64,000 bases of DNA, from contig CAVFKA010000010.1 in NCBI GenBank assembly GCA_963623195.1, positions 64,398-128,397 on the forward strand, written 5' to 3'. Shown here piece after piece: positions 18,935 through 27,400 of this stretch. The notes under the pieces are model-generated. The model searched no databases and had not been told where the DNA came from. It saw only the letters and a list, made by a program, of their open reading frames with translations. Both the position numbers and the translations under genes were made by a program. The stretch comes from a bacterium. Lineage in GTDB: Bacteria; Bacillota_I; Bacilli_A; RFN20; CAG-826. Each line of letters begins with the position of its first letter. Position 1 is the stretch's first letter.

Positions 18935-20200
18935 TTAAAAGATTTTTTGTACAAAATTATATAAGGCAAGATTCCAAGAAGAGAATGAATGTTTTTTGAA
19001 TGGGAATACATCAAAAGACGTATTCTTTCCTAAAATTAATCTATCTTCGATTTTCAAGAGGTTTCGATAATCGATTATTTGTTGGTGAAGGGAGAAATCA
19101 AACGTACCTGAAGTCATATAAAGATAGTTGATCGGAAACGATTTGAATTTCTCGCTTTGAAGGTGCTCTTGAAAATACTCTATACTCGTTCTCATGCCGG
19201 AAAATAACCCGAAGTAGCTAAAATAATCTAATGCCCCGCAAAGAATCGATCTAGATGTGGTAACGGCTCCTCTAGAAAGTCCAGCGAATGCACGATGGTT
19301 TCTAGAAGAAAGGAAACCTTCCCCATCTAATGATGTGGCATATGTGGAATATTTATCCTCAACTACGGGCATGATGTCGTTTAATAATTCGTCTTTGAAA
19401 TGATATGTGTATTGGTCTAAATCATTCGCCGAATCATTCTCGGTGTAGAAGGTAGGGGTCACGATAATTAAAGGCTCAATGATATTGTTACCTATCATAT
19501 AATCGAGCATTTTTTTGTTTTTGCTGTTTTTAATTAACCAGGATTCCGCATCATCTCCTGTGCCATGTAGCAAATACAAAATATTGTATTGCTTGTTTTC
19601 ATCATAATTATATGGAGTGTATACATATAGTTTTTTACTAACGTCGCGATTATCTGTCGTGTAAGCTTTGCTAGAATATTCAATTTCGTCTATTTTTCCT
19701 TCTTTTTCGCAGTCTTGATAAACAAAAGAAGGGACGCTATAAATGGAATTCTCAATTGTGGATTTGTTTGTATCTGTAATGTAAGCGGATAATGGGTAAA
19801 TCACAAGCGAAAGAAGCAATATAGATGTCAACGCCACATCAAGTGGGTACTTTTTTATTATTAGATGTTTCTCAAAGACAATTAAAGTCATGATTCCAAC
19901 GATGAAAGCGATAGTTGAGAGTATTGCGTTAATCAAAAAGTCAAAATTGTAGAGACTAGTTTCCAAATAATTTGTATTGAAGAATAAGATAAAGCAAAGC
20001 GCTGCATTGATTGAAAGTAAAAAATACCAATGATGGCGAAATGAAATAAAAGCCAATCCGCCCATGAATAAGTTAAGCAAGAGGATGACCCCAAAGGAGA
20101 CCCATTCGAATTGAACGAAATATTTACCTATTGAAAAAAGACACATCGCCATGATGGCAAAGCAAAGGATGTTCATCGTGTGTTTTTTAAATAAGTTCAT
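18935..20200 (-). CDS. Polytopic membrane domain fused to an esterase (putative-esterase/feruloyl-esterase-like alpha/beta hydrolase)
   Basis: C-half has YNILYLLHGTGDDAESW and FAGLSRGA (G-x-S-x-G). N-half has about 5 TM helices. The start is at M29 behind GGAGAGAA. Confidence 0.7.
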   Translation of the reverse strand: MNLFKKHTMNILCFAIMAMCLFSIGKYFVQFEWVSFGVILLLNLFMGGLAFISFRHHWYFLLSINAALCFILFFNTNYLETSLYNFDFLINAILSTIAFIVGIMTLIVFEKHLIIKKYPLDVALTSILLLSLVIYPLSAYITDTNKSTIENSIYSVPSFVYQDCEKEGKIDEIEYSSKAYTTDNRDVSKKLYVYTPYNYDENKQYNILYLLHGTGDDAESWLIKNSKNKKMLDYMIGNNIIEPLIIVTPTFYTENDSANDLDQYTYHFKDELLNDIMPVVEDKYSTYATSLDGEGFLSSRNHRAFAGLSRGAVTTSRSILCGALDYFSYFGLFSGMRTSIEYFQEHLQSEKFKSFPINYLYMTSGTFDFSLHQQIIDYRNLLKIEDRLILGKNTSFDVFPFKKHSFSSWNLALYNFVQKIF

Positions 20201-20259
20201 AATTCTCTCCTTTTTAGATAAAGGGCAAAGGCTTTCTTGTGACCTTTGCCCTCTGTGTT

Positions 20260-20640
20260 TTATTCTTTTTCGTGTTTTGCACAAACGCTAATGGCTGTGC
20301 AAATTAGAGCCAAGAAAGATAAGACCATAGCGAAGATGAAGAGGAAGGAAATCCCATCCATATCGTTTTTAGCCATTATATCGGCAAGGTTATTCAACAG
20401 TCTAAAGAAGAAGAACCCGAAGGCTAATGCCGAAGTGATAAATGGAACGTAAGAAGTGAACTTAATGTTCTTGACACAAATCAATAGAGCCAATACAGCT
20501 GTAATGATCGTGAAGATAAGAGGTAAGGAGTAGTTGTTTTCAACGCAAACCCCATAGCAGATCGCGCTTATTGCGGATAAGATTACTGCGAGAGCACTTG
20601 CGTAGAAGCCCAAGCCCTTATTACTTAAGAAGTTTTTCAT
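20260..20640 (-). CDS. Small 4-TM membrane protein coupled to GH3 (cassette 1)
   Basis: It starts 2 nt after the GH3 stop and has four hydrophobic helices. It occupies the same position as 58377-58721 in cassette 2. Confidence 0.6.
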   Translation of the reverse strand: MKNFLSNKGLGFYASALAVILSAISAICYGVCVENNYSLPLIFTIITAVLALLICVKNIKFTSYVPFITSALAFGFFFFRLLNNLADIMAKNDMDGISFLFIFAMVLSFLALICTAISVCAKHEKE

Positions 20641-20642
20641 AC

Positions 20643-23516
20643 TTATTTTTCCTCCTCTTTTTTGCCTTTTAGAATTTCACCGGCGACCGCTCCAGCTAAA
20701 GAGACAACGAACAATCCGCCAACAATCCAATCGATGGCGATGATTGTCGTTAACCACCAAGGGTTAACTGCAACAATCTTTGAAGTTGAAGAAATGTTAT
20801 TGAATGCCATAGAGTTGACAACGTTATAAAGAAGATAATGAGCTGAATCTCTAAGGTAACCAACTAATTTAGCATCAGTTTTGCAATCTTCGATAACTTT
20901 ATCATAGATTCCTGCACCTGAAGTTGCCCACATTGTTGTGCCAGCTTCCAATCCTGCTTTGAATCCCATTGAGGTGTTGTAGGAGAAAACAGCATCAGTG
21001 TCGGAGATGGCGGTAGAATTCCATTCTCTTCTCAAAAGATCGTATTGAAGGGATCTTGAAGCACCAGTCCAGGTGCAGCCAATTCTATTGAAGCCACCCA
21101 TTAATCCTTTGACTTCGCCTTCGACTATGCCAGTGTGGAAACCTTCGAGATAGATTTCTCTGAATGCTTGCTGATTGATGAAGGTTGAAACACCTTGTCT
21201 ATTGGTTTCTTGTTCGTTTCCTGCAAAGTGTTTTAAGAATGGGATAGCTCCTTTTTCTTGCATGCCTTTGATTGATGGGACAGCCATTTCACCACTCAGA
21301 TATCCATCTTCAGAGAAGTATTCGAAATTACGTCCTGAATATGGTGTTCTATGGATGTTGACAGATGGGGCATAGTGACCAGTTGTGCCAGTTCTAAGAT
21401 TGTCTTCACCAAAAGCTTGGCCGATTTCATACATCAAATCACGGTCATAAGAGGAGGCCATAATGACAGCAGAAGGGAAGGTGTAGGCATATGTATCAGT
21501 TTTATCTAGATATGTTCTATCGGATACACGATGTGATCCATCTTTCATAAATGTTGAAGGGTAGGCAATCGATTCGACTGCGACTAAACCTGAACGTCCG
21601 CAAAGAGTCACTAAGTCTTCAACGCTTAATTCATCAAGAATATCCTTCCAATGTGAATCATCAAATTCAGCTTCTCTCATCATTGCGACCGTATAGTCGT
21701 TTTTTGCACCAAGCGTGTATTCGCTTAAGTCAGATGAGCCCTTTTGATATTCACCTTCGATATTGAGGGCTTTCTTCATTGCGGCATTTGCGCTTAAACT
21801 CGTATATTCCTTTGGCCAAGTACCATTCCAATCGTTTCTAGAAAGATATGTAACGGCGTTTTCTTGAAAATAGTTAAGATCAATGTCGTCAAAGATGTTT
21901 GTGATTTGAACGCCTTCAGAAGTCTTTGAGTATGTCTTTGTGTCAGTAGAGGAAACGCTATATTGATACACGTCCTCGCTATTTCCATTAACTGCAGCAC
22001 CTTTCTTGGATAGAATGTTGTTCAATGCATCATGAACGTTTTCACCAATAGAAAGATAGTAGTTGCCTGCTTCCATGATATATGTTTTGTTCACGTATGA
22101 ATCATAATGAGCGAGGTCGTCTTTCTTGACTTTAATGGAAAGGGTTTCGCTTTCGTTAGCCCCAAGAGTTTTGGTTTTTTCAAATCCGGCTAATTGAACG
22201 GACGCAACTTCGATCTTGTTTTGCTTATCGAAATCAGTATATGGGGTTTGGGCATAAACTTGAACGGAATGTCTTCCGGCGGTATTACCGGTATTTTTAA
22301 CCTCTACATTAACAAGGAATGAATCTCCTTTGTCTTCAACGTTTTTTAAAGTCTCGCTGAATGTTGTGTAACTTAAGCCATAGCCAAATGGATAGACGAC
22401 TTCTTTTTCGTAATTCCAAGTCGTGTCCTTGAATGCCCCTTTAGAAGAAGTGGCGTTTCCTTGTTTCAAAATGGAATCTTCATATCTTGTTTCGTAATAT
22501 TTGTATCCGACATAAATTCCTTCGGCTTCGACAACGTATTTTGTTGCATTGGCTCCAGCGCCAAGTTCATTAACGATTTCTTCAGAATTTTGATAGGTGT
22601 AGTCGCCAAAATTGACACTTGCTGGAGAAGAGAGGGAATCAGCAGCAAATGTGTCGACTGTTTTTCCAGATGGATTGACTTTCCCGACCAAGATATCGGA
22701 AACTGCCTTGAATCCAGCATGGCCTACAGCACCGATCATTAAACATGCATCGATGTCGTATTCATCTAAGAAGGAAAGCTCAAAGGCGTAAGAGGTGTTA
22801 AGTAAAACGACAACTTTCTTGAAATGCGATTTCGCTTCCTGAATCATTGCTTTTTCGGAATCTTGAAGACTTAAGAATTTCTTTCCGCCTGCAAAATCGC
22901 CGACTGATAAGTCTCCGCCTTCCCCACCAGAACGGGAGATAACGATGATAGCTGCTTCGCCATATGAGTTATAATCGGCTCTGTCAGCATCTTTCATTAA
23001 TGATACATCAACCTCACTAACGGTATTGAACGCAAGCTTTGCGGTGGAATTGGTTGAATAGAAGTTATATAAGGATGGATTGATTTTTAAATTCCCATCG
23101 TTTTCCATACCATCTTTGAAAGAAATGTATGGCGCTGGTGATCCATAACGGACCATGCCAGTGGAAATGGAATTAATCGTGCCATAACCAAATGCCGAAA
23201 CCTTTGCTCCTACGCTTAAAGGTAAGGCGTTGTTCTTGTTCTTTAAAAGGACTGTGCCTTCAGCTTGAACCTTTCTTTCGATTTCTTCCTCACTCTTGAT
23301 CCATTCATCAATAGATTGGCCATTTGTTTTGTAATACTCCGTTTGAGCATTTTCGTCATTGTTGATGATTTTAGAAGTTTGGCCACCTAAAAATGTCGAG
23401 CAAAGTAATGATTTGTAGGAATTTGACCATACTGTTGCTGAGACCAAGACTGGTAAAATGCCGCCAAGAGCCACTGAAAGAATCTTCGCGGGCTTAGTGA
23501 TTTTTTTAAATCCCAT
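20643..23516 (-). CDS. Glycoside hydrolase family 3 (beta-glucosidase/xylosidase-like), domain-permuted, with an N-terminal signal/anchor and a C-terminal TM anchor
   Basis: The order is GH3 C-type sandwich domain (LLKNKNNALPL, ISRSGGEGGDL, VNPSGKTVDTFA), then Fn3-like (YPFGYGLSYTTF, VEVKNTGNTAGRHSVQVY), then the catalytic barrel (KHFAGNEQETNR, GFNRIG, AISDTDA). The terminal helix is IIAIDWIVGGLFVVSLAGAVAG followed by KGKKEEEK. Confidence 0.85.
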   Translation of the reverse strand: MGFKKITKPAKILSVALGGILPVLVSATVWSNSYKSLLCSTFLGGQTSKIINNDENAQTEYYKTNGQSIDEWIKSEEEIERKVQAEGTVLLKNKNNALPLSVGAKVSAFGYGTINSISTGMVRYGSPAPYISFKDGMENDGNLKINPSLYNFYSTNSTAKLAFNTVSEVDVSLMKDADRADYNSYGEAAIIVISRSGGEGGDLSVGDFAGGKKFLSLQDSEKAMIQEAKSHFKKVVVLLNTSYAFELSFLDEYDIDACLMIGAVGHAGFKAVSDILVGKVNPSGKTVDTFAADSLSSPASVNFGDYTYQNSEEIVNELGAGANATKYVVEAEGIYVGYKYYETRYEDSILKQGNATSSKGAFKDTTWNYEKEVVYPFGYGLSYTTFSETLKNVEDKGDSFLVNVEVKNTGNTAGRHSVQVYAQTPYTDFDKQNKIEVASVQLAGFEKTKTLGANESETLSIKVKKDDLAHYDSYVNKTYIMEAGNYYLSIGENVHDALNNILSKKGAAVNGNSEDVYQYSVSSTDTKTYSKTSEGVQITNIFDDIDLNYFQENAVTYLSRNDWNGTWPKEYTSLSANAAMKKALNIEGEYQKGSSDLSEYTLGAKNDYTVAMMREAEFDDSHWKDILDELSVEDLVTLCGRSGLVAVESIAYPSTFMKDGSHRVSDRTYLDKTDTYAYTFPSAVIMASSYDRDLMYEIGQAFGEDNLRTGTTGHYAPSVNIHRTPYSGRNFEYFSEDGYLSGEMAVPSIKGMQEKGAIPFLKHFAGNEQETNRQGVSTFINQQAFREIYLEGFHTGIVEGEVKGLMGGFNRIGCTWTGASRSLQYDLLRREWNSTAISDTDAVFSYNTSMGFKAGLEAGTTMWATSGAGIYDKVIEDCKTDAKLVGYLRDSAHYLLYNVVNSMAFNNISSTSKIVAVNPWWLTTIIAIDWIVGGLFVVSLAGAVAGEILKGKKEEEK

Positions 23517-23570
23517 AGTTGTCTCCTTTTTGACGTGTAAAATTTAACATTACAAAAGAAAAATATTTCT

Positions 23571-23604
23571 ATTTGGCAAAATTAAAGCCGTTTTTGGCAA
23601 AATT
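23571..23604 (-). promoter_or_regulatory. Two perfect 13-bp direct repeats (TTTGGCAAAATTA) with 21-bp phasing; candidate LytTR operator for the GH3 arm of cassette 1
   Basis: The repeats lie at 23571-23583 and 23592-23604, between the kinase stop (23608) and the GH3 start (23516). A TGtTAAATT extended -10-like element lies downstream on the minus strand. Confidence 0.55.
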
Positions 23605-23607
23605 ACC

Positions 23608-24876
23608 TTATTGAAGAGGGAAAATTATATTTAATTTGAATAGTTTATCTTCGATTGCAATATTCATATTGCCTTCATATTTGTTAACGGTATACCTAAT
23701 AGATTTAAGACCAAAACCATGCATATTTTGATCTGACTTGGTTGTTTTTGGAAGACCGTCAACGAGTGAATATTCTCCATCAAAATAGTTTTCAATGTGC
23801 AAGCAAATGATTCCGCCTTTTTTGAATAATTTCAATGATATATAACGGAGAGAGGGGTCTTCGATTTTCTTTTCGTATTCAATGGCATTGTCTAATGCGT
23901 TTCCAATAATCGAGGTGATGTCACCTGGAGATAAGAAAGAAAGCAATGAGCCATCCGCTATTATCGTGAATTCAATTTTCTCTTTAATGCAAAGGTAACG
24001 TTTTTCGGTAAGGATGATATCCAAGGCGGAGTTGCCGGTGATGACTTGGGTGTCATACTCGTTAACTACGTCAATGACTTCATTTATGAACTTATCGTTT
24101 TGTCCCTGCTTCATCATCAAAACTTGATTTTTAAGATCATGAGCTTTGTAATTGATGACTTCCATGTTCTTTTTGGAACTTTCAAATTGAAGGGCTTGCA
24201 ATCTGCTATATTCCTCGAGTGTTTTGTTTTCTTCTTTTTCTTTCGAATAATAGAGAAAATAATATAAGGACGTTAACCCATATAAAGAACATATGGCCAA
24301 AGGCATATGAACAATCCAATATCCATTTAGATCGAATTGCAAAAGCATGAAATGCATGAAATAGATGAAAACTGCGGTTATTATGGCAAAAAGGAACATA
24401 AAACCCGTTTTGATTGTTGTAACATTTTTCCCTGAGTCGATTTTTCTAGCAAAGAAAAAGTAACAAATTCCGTATATGATGACGTTTGTCGTTACTGATA
24501 AAACAAACCATAACGCATCGGTGAAGAAATCAGGAAACGCCCAATAGAAGATCGATTCGATGTTGTATGAAAGATTTTGAGTGAATTGCGCTGAGACACC
24601 AATAAAAAGCAAAGAGGACAAATCAACCTCAAATAAGAAAAAGAAGTAGCCTAAAGTCAAAAGAAAAATGATGAAGGAGAAAAAACCTGGAGTGAAATAT
24701 GCGATAATATTCGGGATGCAAATGACAGAAAGAGCATACACTAAAGTCCCAGGAATTATACGAATTAGGAAATGATTCCTTCTTTTTGCCTTATATCCAT
24801 ATATAAGAATGGCTAACAACAATTGGATGATGTAGCCATGATTAACGCCTATCGAAAAAACATCTGATACAGTCAT
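23608..24876 (-). CDS. AgrC/HPK10-like sensor histidine kinase (GHKL, polytopic sensor domain)
   Basis: About 6-7 TM helices, H-box YKAHDLKNQ, N-box IGNALDNAIEY and G-box HGFGLKSI. ATGA overlap with the upstream regulator. Confidence 0.8.
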   Translation of the reverse strand: MTVSDVFSIGVNHGYIIQLLLAILIYGYKAKRRNHFLIRIIPGTLVYALSVICIPNIIAYFTPGFFSFIIFLLTLGYFFFLFEVDLSSLLFIGVSAQFTQNLSYNIESIFYWAFPDFFTDALWFVLSVTTNVIIYGICYFFFARKIDSGKNVTTIKTGFMFLFAIITAVFIYFMHFMLLQFDLNGYWIVHMPLAICSLYGLTSLYYFLYYSKEKEENKTLEEYSRLQALQFESSKKNMEVINYKAHDLKNQVLMMKQGQNDKFINEVIDVVNEYDTQVITGNSALDIILTEKRYLCIKEKIEFTIIADGSLLSFLSPGDITSIIGNALDNAIEYEKKIEDPSLRYISLKLFKKGGIICLHIENYFDGEYSLVDGLPKTTKSDQNMHGFGLKSIRYTVNKYEGNMNIAIEDKLFKLNIIFPLQ

Positions 24877-25586
24877 TGTTTTTCCTCAGCTAAAAAGCTT
24901 GTTAGTTTTTGCATGAATTCTTTTTTGTAGATATCACTAAGAGGTAGGCGTTCTCCTTGGACAGATATTTCATTTGCCTTAAAAGATTCGACGAATGATA
25001 GATTGATCAATATGGATCTTGTTGAAAAGGCAAACGATTTGCCATTAAAAGAAGACGATATGTTTTGCATCTTGTTCCTCTCCCTTAATGTTTTGCCATT
25101 CGAGAGATGATAAAGAAGATAATGCTTTTCGGTTTCAATGAAGACAATTTCACTTAAATGAGCCACGTATGATTCATCTTGACCATTGATGACATATGTG
25201 GAATCATCCTCGTTTTCGAAACGCTCAACGATCCTATCTAATTTTATTTTGAAGGTGTTGTAGTTAATTGGCTTAAGAATGAAATCCAAGGCATTGACCT
25301 CATAACCCTTGATTGCGTATTGGGAAAGGTTCGTTAAAAAGACAAGAGTTAATTTCGAATCGATCTTTCTTAGTTCGGAAGCTACTTGCATGCCACTCAT
25401 TTTAGGCATATCGATATCCATAAAAACCAAATTAAATTGATTGGCGTAATTATTTAAAAAAGCGACTCCATCCTTATAATGAGTTACTTCAAAATTGATG
25501 TTTTTTTCTTTTCCGTATTCTTGGATATATTTAACCGTTTCGTCGGCAAAATGTTGATCATCTTCAACTAAAGCAATCTTTAACAT
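24873..25586 (-). CDS. LytTR-family response regulator
   Basis: Receiver domain (LVFMDIDMP, ILKP) plus a C-terminal LytTR domain (IVFIETEKHYLLYHL...SILINLSFV). Confidence 0.85.
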   Translation of the reverse strand: MLKIALVEDDQHFADETVKYIQEYGKEKNINFEVTHYKDGVAFLNNYANQFNLVFMDIDMPKMSGMQVASELRKIDSKLTLVFLTNLSQYAIKGYEVNALDFILKPINYNTFKIKLDRIVERFENEDDSTYVINGQDESYVAHLSEIVFIETEKHYLLYHLSNGKTLRERNKMQNISSSFNGKSFAFSTRSILINLSFVESFKANEISVQGERLPLSDIYKKEFMQKLTSFLAEEKQ

Positions 25587-25774
25587 ATCTAATTTTTAAC
25601 TCAATTGATTTTTTGTGTCAACAAATAAAAACTATCCTTCAGAGAGGAAAGACTTGATGGAATAAGAAGATATGTTGAATCCTTTTGTGGCTACGATGTA
25701 GCTTTTATGAAATCGATTGCCGAAAAAAACAAACTGTTGAAGAAATTGCGCAAATAAATGGAAACTCAAAGAAA

Positions 25775-25803
25775 ATAAAAAACAGCCGACTCATCATCGA
25801 CTG
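25775..25803 (-). terminator. Rho-independent terminator of tRNA-Glu
   Basis: On the minus strand CAGTCGA-tgatgag-TCGGCTG plus T6. Confidence 0.65.
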
Positions 25804-25815
25804 TATGCGGCTAAT

Positions 25816-25891
25816 TGGTGACCCAGCCGGGAATCGAACCCGGGATTCAACCTTGAGAGGGTTGCGTCTTGAACCGCTTGACCACAGGGCC
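25816..25891 (-). tRNA. tRNA-Glu (anticodon CTC)
   Basis: The reverse complement is GGCCCTGTGGTCAAGCGGTTCAAGACGCAACCCTCTCAAGGTTGAATCCCGGGTTCGATTCCCGGCTGGGTCACCA. It has the G2-U71 pair typical of tRNA-Glu and a U6-U67 mismatch. Confidence 0.8.
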
Positions 25892-25937
25892 GCGACAACA
25901 ATTAAACCATTATTTCATCATTCTTTCAAGAAACTTC

Positions 25938-27335
25938 TTAGTTATCTGATCTAGCAAAGCCATTCTTCATCGCACAAGAGACGACATATGTGAGGGTATT
26001 CAAGACTTTTTGAGTTAACTTTTGAGCCATATCAGAAAGTTCTTGGTTTGCTTCCTCAAGCTTACTTCCATCAGCTAATTCATCGTATTTATTGAGAATG
26101 ATATGAGAAGAAGTTGCAACATTGTTTTGATATCTTTCAATATGAATCGAACATATATTGAAATGAGAATCGGCAAGGCAAGAGATGAGGCGAGAATTCC
26201 AATAGAAGTTATTGGTGTCGACATCTAAAGTCGTGTTAGAGAAGTATTCAGGGAATTTCTTGACGTTTGCATATAAAGGAACAAATGCGTTAAATGGGTT
26301 TGAGGCGAAACAAATCCATTCGACGGCACTTAATTCTTCAGGAACGTTGTTTCTGACTTCTAAACAAGCCATGAAAGAAGTCCTTGAGATACCAATTGGA
26401 CGATATTTGTTCTTTTCTGGGGACTCTCCTTTTCCATATGGATCATATGGGGTTCCTTGATAATGGGAAGAAAGGAGATATTTCACGTCTTCAACCGTTA
26501 TCTTTCTATTTGGCTTAAGAGACCATGGTATGTCATCGTCTTCTGGGGAGAAATAATCATATCCTAGACGCTTGGCAAGATACCAGGCTCTTGGGGTATT
26601 GTAGACATGATCGGAATCTGAAGCGGATCCAAAAGCCAATCTTGGGTTGAAATCGATATCATCAATATTGCAATCAAGATTGTATTTTTTCATGAATTGT
26701 TGCAAATCAGGTGAACACATATTCTCTTTTTGAGAGATTAGAGCATCATCGAAATCGAAATTGTCGATGCCGAATTGGTTAGGCATTATGACGACCTCGT
26801 TATCTTTGACTCTTTTTGCAATCCAATGATGGCCACCAATAGTTTCTAACCACCATATCTCATCTTTATCCGAAAAGGCGATTCCGTTAGGCTCAGAGGT
26901 TCCATATTGCTCAAGAAGTTTCCCTAAGCGTATAACGCCTTCCTTGGCTGAGTGGATATATGGTAAAACGATTGAAACCAAATCTTCTTCGCCAAGACCA
27001 TCTCCAACATATGGATCAGCCCCTAAAACGCGTGAATTAGAAGTGATTGTTTCAGTCGCGGACATTCCAACGTTAGCTGAGTTAAAACCTGCAGCAGGCC
27101 AAATACCCTCACTTGGATCAACATTAGGAACCATAGAATAACGTAATGGATTGTCAGGCAACTCTATTTTGAAAGCCGAACCTTTTGCTTCATAATGCCT
27201 TGGTTGACGAGCTGGATCAACGCTGACTAATTTCTTTGCGTGGAATTTTCCAGAAGGAGAATCATCATTTCTTGCAATGAATGTGCTCCCATTATTTGAT
27301 GCCCCTTTTCCTACGAGAATTGTCGTACATGCCAT
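25938..27335 (-). CDS. C69-family dipeptidase
   Basis: N-terminal MACTTILVGKGASNNGSTFIARNDD (N-terminal Cys nucleophile signature). Confidence 0.85.
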   Translation of the reverse strand: MACTTILVGKGASNNGSTFIARNDDSPSGKFHAKKLVSVDPARQPRHYEAKGSAFKIELPDNPLRYSMVPNVDPSEGIWPAAGFNSANVGMSATETITSNSRVLGADPYVGDGLGEEDLVSIVLPYIHSAKEGVIRLGKLLEQYGTSEPNGIAFSDKDEIWWLETIGGHHWIAKRVKDNEVVIMPNQFGIDNFDFDDALISQKENMCSPDLQQFMKKYNLDCNIDDIDFNPRLAFGSASDSDHVYNTPRAWYLAKRLGYDYFSPEDDDIPWSLKPNRKITVEDVKYLLSSHYQGTPYDPYGKGESPEKNKYRPIGISRTSFMACLEVRNNVPEELSAVEWICFASNPFNAFVPLYANVKKFPEYFSNTTLDVDTNNFYWNSRLISCLADSHFNICSIHIERYQNNVATSSHIILNKYDELADGSKLEEANQELSDMAQKLTQKVLNTLTYVVSCAMKNGFARSDN

Positions 27336-27400
27336 AAATAAAAACCTCTTATTTTCTTTTACAAAGAAATCATAAAGGAAAATTGAGAGGTTTTCACTAA

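Noticed and set aside
25685-25954. 89-aa plus-strand ORF (…IGDPAGNRTRDSTLRGLRLEPLDHRAA…)
   Set aside because: It is antisense to tRNA-Glu, again a tRNA shadow ORF, and it overlaps the end of the dipeptidase gene.
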